Shown in pieces: positions 44,983 through 53,369 of a stretch of DNA of 64,000 nt. How positions within the stretch are numbered: position 1 is the stretch's first letter; the number at the start of each line of letters is the position of its first letter. The notes below the pieces were generated by a model. It did no database searches and was not told where the DNA came from. It saw only the letters and a list, made by a program, of their open reading frames with translations. Source of the DNA: a virus; IMG/VR virus record IMGVR_UViG_3300045988_137032, positions 32,001-96,000 of that record, one strand, 5' to 3'. A program made the translations under genes and the position numbers.

Positions 44983-46287
44983 TCATAAGCCTGATTTGTA
45001 AATATAGTCATTTACAGAGCTTTTCTTAATGGTGATGATCTTCCGAGAATGATCGGGCATAGCATTCAGAGAGATACCATATACGCAATTCGACGGAGCA
45101 AACTTCAGAGTATATAGCAGATAGTTTGTCTTACGATCTTCGCTAACAGCAACGAACTTCGTAGCCATGCTGTTATTGATATCGACCGTTACGATGATAG
45201 AGAGATTGGTATTCCGGAGATTCCCAATATCATTCGCAGACAGTGCGAATTCAATGTCTCTACCACAAACATCGTCTTTGATGTATCGAGCAATTTCATC
45301 AGGAGTGATGAAACGCAATTGCTCAGTAACATCATACAGTTCATCGGAATCCAGAACCATATGGCTATGGACATTTTGGATGATAGAATAACCATTGATT
45401 GTCTGCATATTGCTTGTACGAATCTTCTTATCGGTTATTGAATAACCATATTTCTCTGGATATACCATATAGGAAAGCTGATCGAGTGTATCATCACGTT
45501 CCCAGCAACGCCATACAGCATCAACGAGTTCACGACTCTGACATTGCGGACGCATAGCTAAAAGGAAACGATTTGCATGAGGCTGAGCCTTAGCTCCAAG
45601 CATATGGAAATAGACTGCGATCAGAATTGCAATGTCATTGATATCAGCAGGACCTACATAATCCATCTTACAGATATTACTAAGGCCTGCAACGAAATTA
45701 TACTTCAGGCAGTCACTGTTAACACATGAATCAGGACCATTGCTATTCATCCAGCAGATTTTTGTGTATACATCCAGACAACGAACTTTCCAAGGCATGA
45801 TGTGCTGTGTGAGGAGCATTGCAGAAGTGCGCATTGCTTTAGCAGCCTTCTCATCATCACGACCATCGAAGTAGTGAAGGAATTCACTGACCTTATCTTC
45901 CAACTCATACATGAGCTGGTCCGTATGTGAAGGAGAGTTCATGATAGTCTTCAAGAACTTTACAGGATTCACATCGCCGATGGTAGGAAGTTCATCACTG
46001 AATCGGTCAATCATCAGCATGATACGAGAATATTTTGCCTGATAGGTAGCAGAATCATACAAATCATCATTGATATCTACTACCTTATAGGACATATACC
46101 GTGTAAAGTAATCACGAAGCGTATTATACTTTGCAAACTTTCGAGGACCGGGATGATCAAAAAGTATCTTATCAATCGTAAAGAGATTGAATCGAACGTA
46201 ATTCTCAAGGTCAGCAGGCATACTGGGAAGGCAATCCAATACCTCAGCAGCCAGCCATTTGTCTTTCAAGATAACCGAGTAGTCCAT
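44983..46287 (-). CDS. hypothetical protein (434 aa)
   Basis: AAGGAGG SD. Confidence 0.7.
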   Translation of the reverse strand: MDYSVILKDKWLAAEVLDCLPSMPADLENYVRFNLFTIDKILFDHPGPRKFAKYNTLRDYFTRYMSYKVVDINDDLYDSATYQAKYSRIMLMIDRFSDELPTIGDVNPVKFLKTIMNSPSHTDQLMYELEDKVSEFLHYFDGRDDEKAAKAMRTSAMLLTQHIMPWKVRCLDVYTKICWMNSNGPDSCVNSDCLKYNFVAGLSNICKMDYVGPADINDIAILIAVYFHMLGAKAQPHANRFLLAMRPQCQSRELVDAVWRCWERDDTLDQLSYMVYPEKYGYSITDKKIRTSNMQTINGYSIIQNVHSHMVLDSDELYDVTEQLRFITPDEIARYIKDDVCGRDIEFALSANDIGNLRNTNLSIIVTVDINNSMATKFVAVSEDRKTNYLLYTLKFAPSNCVYGISLNAMPDHSRKIITIKKSSVNDYIYKSGL

Positions 46288-46301
46288 TTCTATGATCCTC
46301 C

Positions 46302-47075
46302 TTATACCATGTAAATTGGTGTATTATCGTTCGCAGCAAATTTTTCTTTTGCTGTTTCTAAGTATCTTAAGAAGATTTCATTTTGCTTATTTGTGACCTT
46401 CAGGTAATTAAACTGATTGGAATTTGTCTTCATGACTTGATCTTTAAGTCTTTCTTTTACTTTATCAACATCCTGAATCTTATGGTGCATATTTGGATTG
46501 TCTCCACCATCTTTTACTTCAATCTCCAAATTAAGAGAAGGAATAAAGAAGTCAGGAATGTAAAAATGCTGCTTTCCATCATACATGTAGTTGTACGTAT
46601 GAGGGGAAGGAGCCATGACGTCAGAAGACGGAAAATCCATAATCTTATCAAGGAATTCAAGGAAGGATAATTCATAGCTTCCTGTATAAGGAAGCTTCTT
46701 ACTCCCATCACTCCATGTATAGACGCCGCTAATACTTCTATTAGCGAGCATTTTCTTCTGTTGATCCGGATCATTTAAGAGCGTAATCTTTCCATAGGAA
46801 CCAATCATACGCTTCTTAAACATTTCTCGATATGCAATTTTGCATTTCGGATTATCACAAAAACGCTTATACTTCTTCGTCTTTGGATTCCATCCAGTAG
46901 GTTTTTTGCACATGACACAATTACCATGTGTCCTACCGGTCTTCATATAATAGTAAAATTGATATGCATCCATGTCAGGTGGAATCATGTCAATATGTGC
47001 TTTCTCAAGATGAGCAGCCATTGCATCTGCGTCAGGAAATACTTTTCCGCAGAATTTGCATTTAATTGAAGGCAT
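46302..47075 (-). CDS. zinc-finger plus PD-(D/E)xK-like nuclease, possible free-standing homing endonuclease
   Basis: CKFCGKVF..HLEKAH (C2H2-like), CVMCKK..CDNPKC. C-terminal YIPDFFIPSLNLEIEVKDGG. Confidence 0.5.
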   Translation of the reverse strand: MPSIKCKFCGKVFPDADAMAAHLEKAHIDMIPPDMDAYQFYYYMKTGRTHGNCVMCKKPTGWNPKTKKYKRFCDNPKCKIAYREMFKKRMIGSYGKITLLNDPDQQKKMLANRSISGVYTWSDGSKKLPYTGSYELSFLEFLDKIMDFPSSDVMAPSPHTYNYMYDGKQHFYIPDFFIPSLNLEIEVKDGGDNPNMHHKIQDVDKVKERLKDQVMKTNSNQFNYLKVTNKQNEIFLRYLETAKEKFAANDNTPIYMV

Positions 47076-47107
47076 TTATCTCACGTCCTTTCATTAGAAT
47101 TGTAAGC

Positions 47108-47127
47108 TTATTCCAGTGTTTTTAAGG
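47108..47127 (-). promoter_or_regulatory. promoter-like motif class L
   Basis: The minus strand reads CCTTAAAAACACTGGAATAA, about 35 nt upstream of ATG 47075. Confidence 0.45.
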
Positions 47128-47205
47128 GCTAAAATTATAAATCACCTAAATTACACTCATTTAAGCTTACAACTAGACATATTAATACAGGAGGTGATGA
47201 TACAT

Positions 47206-47619
47206 ATGGCATCTATTAAGAAAAGAGTAGAGCCTAACTTCGGATTAGACGATTTCGGAAAAGCCAAATATTTGAATGAGACGGAAGCATTAGCAAACGC
47301 CATTCTCAATCTGTTATTTGGCAAACCGGGATATTTTCCATCAATGCCGAATCTCGGTATTAATATACAGAGTATTCTATACTCATTCTGGGATGAGATT
47401 AATGTCGATCAGTTGAAAGCAGAGATCGTGGATCAGTGTCAATCGTTCTCTGAATATATTAAGACTGGTGAACTTGATGTCATCAAAACCTATAATAACG
47501 GCCAACCGTTGTTATTGATCGTACTTCCCACAAAGATTCTTGATGGCAAGAAAAGTCTTTCCGTCGGTGTCACCCAAGATAAAAGTGGAAATGTGTCGTA
47601 TAACTACGTCTATATTTAA
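47206..47619 (+). CDS. putative baseplate wedge protein (gp25/GPW-like)
   Basis: The ORF starts at 47116, but ATG 47206 follows AGGAGG. EALANAILNLLFGKPGYFPSMPNLGINIQSILY..LKAEIVDQ fits the gp25-family layout. Judged by eye only. Confidence 0.45.
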   Translation: MASIKKRVEPNFGLDDFGKAKYLNETEALANAILNLLFGKPGYFPSMPNLGINIQSILYSFWDEINVDQLKAEIVDQCQSFSEYIKTGELDVIKTYNNGQPLLLIVLPTKILDGKKSLSVGVTQDKSGNVSYNYVYI

Positions 47620-47642
47620 TACTCCAAGAAAGGATGATTACA

Positions 47643-49352
47643 ATGGCTGAAAATATGAATGAAACGGCTGGGACCGTCAATCCCACGATTAATCGGGATA
47701 CTGCAATGGATATTGCATCCCTAATTAAGACCGCAAAGAAGGAGGAGCCTGCTACCAATCCGGTTCCTACTGTGAATGGTCCTATGACTGCTCCGGAAGG
47801 TAAGACTGAGGAAGCGGTTGCTCATAAGACCAAGCTTGAGCAGATGATGGAAGCTCAGAAGACTCAGACTCTGGGCATGGTCGTCAATACTGCTGATCTG
47901 AACCATGATGAAAAGGTTCAGATGAAGAATAAGACTGCTGATGATGCTATGAGCGACGCAGATAAGTATCTGGCTGATATGGATGCTCAGATTGAAGTCG
48001 CTAAGCAGATCAAGGTCCCTCGTCCTGCTAATCCTCAGCAGATGGTTGGTATTATGGATGCTCTGGATCGTGCTGCTAAGAACCCTGAGATTCTGAAGAC
48101 TGGTGAAGCTCCCGCCGAGGAGACTCCGGCTACTGAATCTACTGAGCAGGCTCCTGTTGAAGAGAATAAGACTGAAGAAACTGCTCCTGCTACTGAAGCA
48201 GTAGCAGAAAAGACCGAGGAAGAGAAGAAGGCAGAGCTGAAGAAGCAGGTTATCAATGTCCTTATTGATAAGACTGGTATGGGCGCTGACTTTCACTTTA
48301 CTGATGAAGAGAAAGAGAAACTTACTGTATCAAATGAGATCCATGTAACTGAAGTCGAAGACGTTGATCTGGCTACTATCACCGTTAAGAAGCCTGAGAA
48401 GTCTTTCGTTGATTCTGTCAACGAGTATCAGCTGTCTTCTACTCGTGTTCCTGTGGTCTTTACTGTGTCTCGTTTCCGTGCATATATGACCGGTCTTACC
48501 TATGGTGAGATGTCTGATATCGTGCTGACGAATGAGGCAAATAACTTCGATAAGCTGAATAAGCGTCTGTCTATCATCTATAACAAGATGGTCAATCCTT
48601 CTTGTGGCAAGTTTGATAGCTACGACGACTTCCTGAAGAAGTTTGCATTTGCTGATATGAGCCTTGCTATTTACGGTCTTGTGATCGCAACCTTCCCCGA
48701 GGTTGATGAGATCGGTATGAACTGCAATAACGAGACTTGTAAGAAGAGCTTCACCCATAAGTTCTCTCCTCGTTCTCTCCTGCGATTCGAGGAGTGTGGT
48801 GATAAGTTCATCAGTGCAATGGATGAGATTGTTAATTGCCCTGCTGGTAAGGAAAAGGAGCTGCTTGAGACTTCTCCCTGCCAGAAGCATAAGCGCGTTC
48901 GTCTGCCGGATTCCAAGTACATCATTGAGATTGGCTTTGCATCTGCATACGAGTATCTGTATAATGTCATGGATAAGCTGGATGGCGATAAGTTCAAGGA
49001 AAATCATCCGGATGACGTCAATGGTGTTATGGCAGATATCGTTAGCCTGCTGCCTATCGTTCGTTCCGTGTACGTACCGAATGCCGATAGTTCTTACACA
49101 TGCTACACCGATGCAAACGATATGATCGAAGCACTCTATACCGTTAAGCCCGGTGAGATTAAGCTGATCGTCCAGCTGATGCGTCAGTATGTTGTTGGCT
49201 ACGAATTCGGCTTCTTCCTGACAAATGTCCGTTGCCCGCACTGTGGCTCTCTGTCTAAGATGGTTCCTCTGGATTCCATTGAGAACATGCTTTTTCGTCA
49301 GTATCAGCGTCTAACGAATACGAATCTCGACACAAGCAGTATTACGGAGTAA
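47643..49352 (+). CDS. hypothetical protein (569 aa) with acidic low-complexity N-terminal region and C-terminal Cys clusters
   Basis: ATG 47643 follows AAAGGA. CNNETCKK..CPHCGS. Confidence 0.7.
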   Translation: MAENMNETAGTVNPTINRDTAMDIASLIKTAKKEEPATNPVPTVNGPMTAPEGKTEEAVAHKTKLEQMMEAQKTQTLGMVVNTADLNHDEKVQMKNKTADDAMSDADKYLADMDAQIEVAKQIKVPRPANPQQMVGIMDALDRAAKNPEILKTGEAPAEETPATESTEQAPVEENKTEETAPATEAVAEKTEEEKKAELKKQVINVLIDKTGMGADFHFTDEEKEKLTVSNEIHVTEVEDVDLATITVKKPEKSFVDSVNEYQLSSTRVPVVFTVSRFRAYMTGLTYGEMSDIVLTNEANNFDKLNKRLSIIYNKMVNPSCGKFDSYDDFLKKFAFADMSLAIYGLVIATFPEVDEIGMNCNNETCKKSFTHKFSPRSLLRFEECGDKFISAMDEIVNCPAGKEKELLETSPCQKHKRVRLPDSKYIIEIGFASAYEYLYNVMDKLDGDKFKENHPDDVNGVMADIVSLLPIVRSVYVPNADSSYTCYTDANDMIEALYTVKPGEIKLIVQLMRQYVVGYEFGFFLTNVRCPHCGSLSKMVPLDSIENMLFRQYQRLTNTNLDTSSITE

Positions 49353-49360
49353 TCAGTGAT

Positions 49361-49534
49361 ATGCTTGCCCTTTTCAAGGGAGAGCTTTCGTACAATGATA
49401 TTATGCGAAGCATGGTATACAAAGACATGATTGCTCTGAGAGACGCCAGAGTTGATCAGATTTTGAAAGAGCGGGACGAACAGGAGAAAGCGGCTCGCGC
49501 TGCAAAGAATAATGCTGAAAATGGAGTAAAGTGA
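49361..49534 (+). CDS. small hypothetical protein (57 aa), below the ORF-track cutoff
   Basis: ATG 49361 follows ACGGAG. Helical, charged sequence MLALFKGELSYNDIMRSMVYKDMIALRDARVDQILKERDEQEKAARAAKNNAENGVK. Fills an otherwise empty gap. Confidence 0.5.
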   Translation: MLALFKGELSYNDIMRSMVYKDMIALRDARVDQILKERDEQEKAARAAKNNAENGVK

Positions 49535-49605
49535 GAATACCAACCACCAAAGTTCCTATTTGAATTTTGAATTATTCTTCATTTTTGAATAGGAGTTATA
49601 ATCCC

Positions 49606-49932
49606 ATGGTGAATACATTAGACGCATTTGCAAATGCATTGTGCTGTGATTCTCTTGAAGGATTAGAATGTATTCTTCAGTATCATTATAGGAAACTTAA
49701 GTTCCTTCATAAGCTGGTTTCTTCTCAGTCAAAATTCATTGATGAGATTGCATCTGATTATGATGCAAATACATCATTAATGGTAAATATCACAATGAGT
49801 GATAATAAGGCTGCTAAGAAACTGCGTAAGATGATTGAAAATGCTATAGATGATATCGACGGATACGATCTTATCGTATCAATGAATAACGACACAATCA
49901 ATCTCATTATCGACTGCGATGAAATTCGATAA
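49606..49932 (+). CDS. hypothetical protein (108 aa)
   Basis: The ORF starts at TTG 49567, but ATG 49606 follows AGGAG. Confidence 0.6.
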   Translation: MVNTLDAFANALCCDSLEGLECILQYHYRKLKFLHKLVSSQSKFIDEIASDYDANTSLMVNITMSDNKAAKKLRKMIENAIDDIDGYDLIVSMNNDTINLIIDCDEIR

Positions 49933-49945
49933 TTGATGATAAAAT

Positions 49946-49992
49946 GAGAACCGAGTATAAGTTACATTAAGACTTATACTCGGTTCTCTTTG
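49946..49992 (+). terminator. rho-independent terminator
   Basis: A 16-bp stem, 49946-49961 / 49973-49988, then TTTG. Confidence 0.75.
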
Positions 49993-50046
49993 AGGACAGT
50001 ATCGTAATTTGACACTATATCATAGAGAAAGGAATGATGAGTTACA

Positions 50047-51594
50047 ATGAGAATTGATTTATTCGATATGGATGAATTTGTTAAGATTAACCATCTTAAA
50101 GAAGTTACATCTCCAGTTCTTTTTGAACGTGGTGGAATTCCGAATCCCAATGGATTGATTTCCAATGAGATCTTTGGTGTTTCTGTGAAATCTCGTAAAG
50201 AGACGTTTGCATACATTAATCTGCATGGTTATTTCTTTCATCCTCATATCTATAAGATCATGAAACGCGTATTCCGTAATATTGATCAGATTGTGGATGG
50301 TAGTCAAACATTTTCCATTCAAGATGGTAAGCTTGTGAAAGATCCAAATGGCGATACTGGAATTAATTGGATCTATAACAACTGGAGTAAGATCAAGTGG
50401 GAAGGTAATGGCGGTATGTCATCTGAACGCTGTGACCTTATCGGTAAGACAAAGAAGAATGAAGTCTTCTTAACAAAGGAAATCGTAATTCCTGCATTCT
50501 ATCGTGATATCAAGACAAGCAAGGGCGGCGGTGGAGAATCCACTGAACTCAATAACCTCTATACGAGATTGATTCGTATGGGAGCTATGCTTGAGAATGC
50601 AGACATGTTTGATTTCTCTTTCCATTCTACAAATGCTACTATACAGAATACTCTGGTTGAGATTTATGATTTCTTCAAGAATAGTTTGGATAAGAAGAAC
50701 GGTATGCTCCGTAAGTATCTGCTTGGTAAGAACGTGGACTACTGTGTTCGTACAGTTATCTCTGCACCGTCCTATAACTGCGAGAATCCGAAAGATAATA
50801 TCGTTGACTTTAAGCACGCAGCATTACCTCTGTCCCAGGTCATCGTTGAAGCATATCCGTTCATTGTGGCATGGGTAAGAAACTTCATTGAGCGTGAAAT
50901 TCTGGAAGTCCAGAATAGTAAGGAAGGTCTTTCTGGTGGTAGCTATACACTGAAGAACCCTGAATCATACTTTAATGATGAATATATCAGGAAGCGTCTT
51001 GGCCAGTTTACCAAAGATCCTTCCAGCCGATATGATCTAGTTACAGTTCCTCTTACCAATGGTAAGGAACTTCCCTTGCAGTTTAAGGGAATGATGGTTG
51101 GTGTATCTGCTGATAAAGCATCAATTGCACGTCCTCTCACTTGGTGTGATGTTCTCTATATGGCAGCAGTTGAGTGTACTCAGGATAAGTATTGTATGAT
51201 TACACGTTATCCTGTCCTGAATAACTTTGGTTTCTTTATTGCAAAGATCAATGTGTCTTCTACGCTTCATACTATTCCTGTTAAGGTGAATGATACCATT
51301 TATAAGTGGTATCCTGACATTGATGTGGATATGCCTAGAAGTCAGGTTGCAAATAACTTCATTGATACAACTCGTTTCTCAGATTCTTACCTGAAGGGTC
51401 TGGATGGTGACTACGATGGAGACCAGGTTACTTCAAAGATTTTCTGGACTCAGGAAGCGAATGCTGAATGTGAGAGAGTTATCAATAGTAAATCTTTTGC
51501 ATTGAATCCGAATGGTTCCAATTGTCGTATTATCGACTTGGAGGCTATCCAGACTTTCTATGTACTTACGAAGGATGCGCCTAAAGTAAGTTAA
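50047..51594 (+). CDS. multisubunit RNA polymerase beta-prime, N-terminal half homologue
   Basis: Catalytic motif GLDGDYDGDQVTS (compare NADFDGDQ) about 70 aa before the stop, so the protein ends where the bridge helix and trigger loop should follow. Confidence 0.8.
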   Translation: MRIDLFDMDEFVKINHLKEVTSPVLFERGGIPNPNGLISNEIFGVSVKSRKETFAYINLHGYFFHPHIYKIMKRVFRNIDQIVDGSQTFSIQDGKLVKDPNGDTGINWIYNNWSKIKWEGNGGMSSERCDLIGKTKKNEVFLTKEIVIPAFYRDIKTSKGGGGESTELNNLYTRLIRMGAMLENADMFDFSFHSTNATIQNTLVEIYDFFKNSLDKKNGMLRKYLLGKNVDYCVRTVISAPSYNCENPKDNIVDFKHAALPLSQVIVEAYPFIVAWVRNFIEREILEVQNSKEGLSGGSYTLKNPESYFNDEYIRKRLGQFTKDPSSRYDLVTVPLTNGKELPLQFKGMMVGVSADKASIARPLTWCDVLYMAAVECTQDKYCMITRYPVLNNFGFFIAKINVSSTLHTIPVKVNDTIYKWYPDIDVDMPRSQVANNFIDTTRFSDSYLKGLDGDYDGDQVTSKIFWTQEANAECERVINSKSFALNPNGSNCRIIDLEAIQTFYVLTKDAPKVS

Positions 51595-51612
51595 TGACCA
51601 AGGAGAAAGTAT

Positions 51613-51939
51613 ATGAATGAATTCATCGAATTCTGCAAACACATCGTTTCTGCATTGATCGATTACCGCGATACATTGAAAGAAGAGTATGAGAACGATG
51701 AGAATAAAATTCACCGTTCTAGGATGGATAATATTCCATTCGCATCCACATTCATATCATCGATTACTGCTAATATGTCCGTAACAGCACAAAGAATTGT
51801 GACTGTGGATAACGATATTAACGAGTTAGTTAAACTCATTAGTATTGGTGATATACCAAATATCCAATATTTCATTCAGAATAAACTAATGTATCGAGAG
51901 TATCTCTCTGATGCATTTGAGCAGTTTTTCTATCATTAA
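51613..51939 (+). CDS. hypothetical protein (108 aa)
   Basis: AAGGAG SD, 18 nt after the previous stop. Confidence 0.6.
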   Translation: MNEFIEFCKHIVSALIDYRDTLKEEYENDENKIHRSRMDNIPFASTFISSITANMSVTAQRIVTVDNDINELVKLISIGDIPNIQYFIQNKLMYREYLSDAFEQFFYH

Positions 51940-52070
51940 TCCATTTACCGTATTTTCTCAAATTTCAATTATATATAATATATGTGAAATAAGAGAAAGG
52001 AGGGATTAAGAATGGATACCGAAGAAACTGTCATTATTGATGAATAATTAAAAGATTCCTCTAAAAGGAA

Positions 52071-52115
52071 AATAAGCCGTACTTGAATCTATATCAAGTA
52101 CGGCTTATTTTTTTA
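52071..52115. terminator. bidirectional terminator
   Basis: A 16-bp stem, 52071-52086 / 52094-52109, then a T-run. Confidence 0.8.
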
Positions 52116-52571
52116 GTTAACTTTGGTAAAATCACCGAGAAGATCAACGTCAACATCATCAGGATCAATCTCAATCGGATTATGAACAGGAGAAACTACC
52201 GGTTCCTTCTTTTTTTCATATCCAATCTTCTTGATGTTGTTGCGACGCTCCACAATCATACTAGGATTTTCAACTTCCTTCGGTGCGAAGTTGTTAGCAT
52301 TGACATTGGAAATGGTCAGAAGAATTCGTTCACTCGGATTCTTCGGATTGCATTCATACACCTTACGACGGCTATTCACGAGTGCCTGGACGATACCAAT
52401 GGGGAAATCCTGAGGGGTCAGGATAGGGCCACTGATACCACCAAGCTCAGGAATAATACCCATCGTCATAACAACGATTTTCTTAGTGGCAAGCACTTTC
52501 TGATTTGTATTTACCATGATATCGAATCCAGCCTTTCTCATTCCGTTAATTACGGTGCCGAATGTGCTCAT
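52113..52571 (-). CDS. hypothetical protein, ELGGIxGPILT paralogue 1 (152 aa)
   Basis: Shares ELGGISGPILT, VYECNPKNP and NNFAP with gene 54302-54703. The ATGA overlap with the upstream gene suggests translational coupling. Confidence 0.7.
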   Translation of the reverse strand: MSTFGTVINGMRKAGFDIMVNTNQKVLATKKIVVMTMGIIPELGGISGPILTPQDFPIGIVQALVNSRRKVYECNPKNPSERILLTISNVNANNFAPKEVENPSMIVERRNNIKKIGYEKKKEPVVSPVHNPIEIDPDDVDVDLLGDFTKVN

Positions 52572-52891
52572 TCGTCATCCTCATCGTCAAGATCAGCATC
52601 GTCATCATCGGATTCATCACCGCAGATGTTCATCACATCATCGATGGACAGATTCTTCTTAGACTGAAGGATCTTCTCAACCTCCTGATCATCACCATCC
52701 GTAACGGGCAGCTTATCGATCAGGGCTTCGATATCAGCATCGGAAATATCAACGTCTTCCATCATGGTCTCAGGAACCAGAGCACAAAGCGCAGCTTCGG
52801 TTGATTCATCTTCCATCATAGACTCGATGTACAGGCGATCACGCTCAATACTAGCACGCTCTTTACGAACGGACTTAAATGCTTCGATCAT
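52568..52891 (-). CDS. highly acidic small protein (107 aa)
   Basis: The ORF extends to 52933, but ATG 52891 follows AAAGGA. C-terminal DESDDDDADLDDEDDE. Confidence 0.65.
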   Translation of the reverse strand: MIEAFKSVRKERASIERDRLYIESMMEDESTEAALCALVPETMMEDVDISDADIEALIDKLPVTDGDDQEVEKILQSKKNLSIDDVMNICGDESDDDDADLDDEDDE

Positions 52892-52955
52892 AGTTATGTC
52901 ATCCTTTCTTATTATAGTAAAATAGACGAGCAATCACTAGGGTAATACTCGTTAG

Positions 52956-52975
52956 CTTAGCTTATTGTTTTTAGA
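52956..52975 (-). promoter_or_regulatory. promoter-like motif class L
   Basis: The minus strand reads TCTAAAAACAATAAGCTAAG, matching the copy at 35159 at 18 of 20 positions. Confidence 0.55.
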
Positions 52976-53020
52976 CCATATAATTAATGGCTCATAACTG
53001 TATTCATCCTATTCTATAAT

Positions 53021-53030
53021 GATATATTAT
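53021..53030 (+). promoter_or_regulatory. promoter-like motif class E
   Basis: TATAATGATATATTATATTG. A 17-nt identity with the copy at 53311-53328. Lies 33 nt before ATG 53063. Confidence 0.5.
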
Positions 53031-53062
53031 ATTGATATCATAGAGGAAAGGAGGATACAGTT

Positions 53063-53251
53063 ATGAGTACTGTAAGCCATATGTGCCCGAGAGTATTCGC
53101 AGATTTATTCCTGCAATACTACCCGGGCACTGTGCAGCGTACACCTACGGGTAATAGTACCACCATCGCTATGCCTGAAGGATGTGTATTCGTTCCTGAG
53201 TATGAGGTATACAACCTCAAAAACGGAATGAGTTACATTAAGAAGGTGTAA
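53063..53251 (+). CDS. hypothetical small protein (62 aa)
   Basis: AAAGGAGG SD. Confidence 0.55.
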   Translation: MSTVSHMCPRVFADLFLQYYPGTVQRTPTGNSTTIAMPEGCVFVPEYEVYNLKNGMSYIKKV

Positions 53252-53318
53252 CGCCGAGAAGAAAGGATGGATGTGCAACAACCACATTCATCCTTTCTTT
53301 TTTGTCGTTTTTATAATG

Positions 53319-53328
53319 ATATATTATA
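53319..53328 (+). promoter_or_regulatory. promoter-like motif class E
   Basis: TATAATGATATATTATACCTATAGAATGA, 42 nt before ATG 53370. Confidence 0.5.
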
Positions 53329-53369
53329 CCTATAGAATGACCCATAGATATATTGAAAGGAGAGTCATC

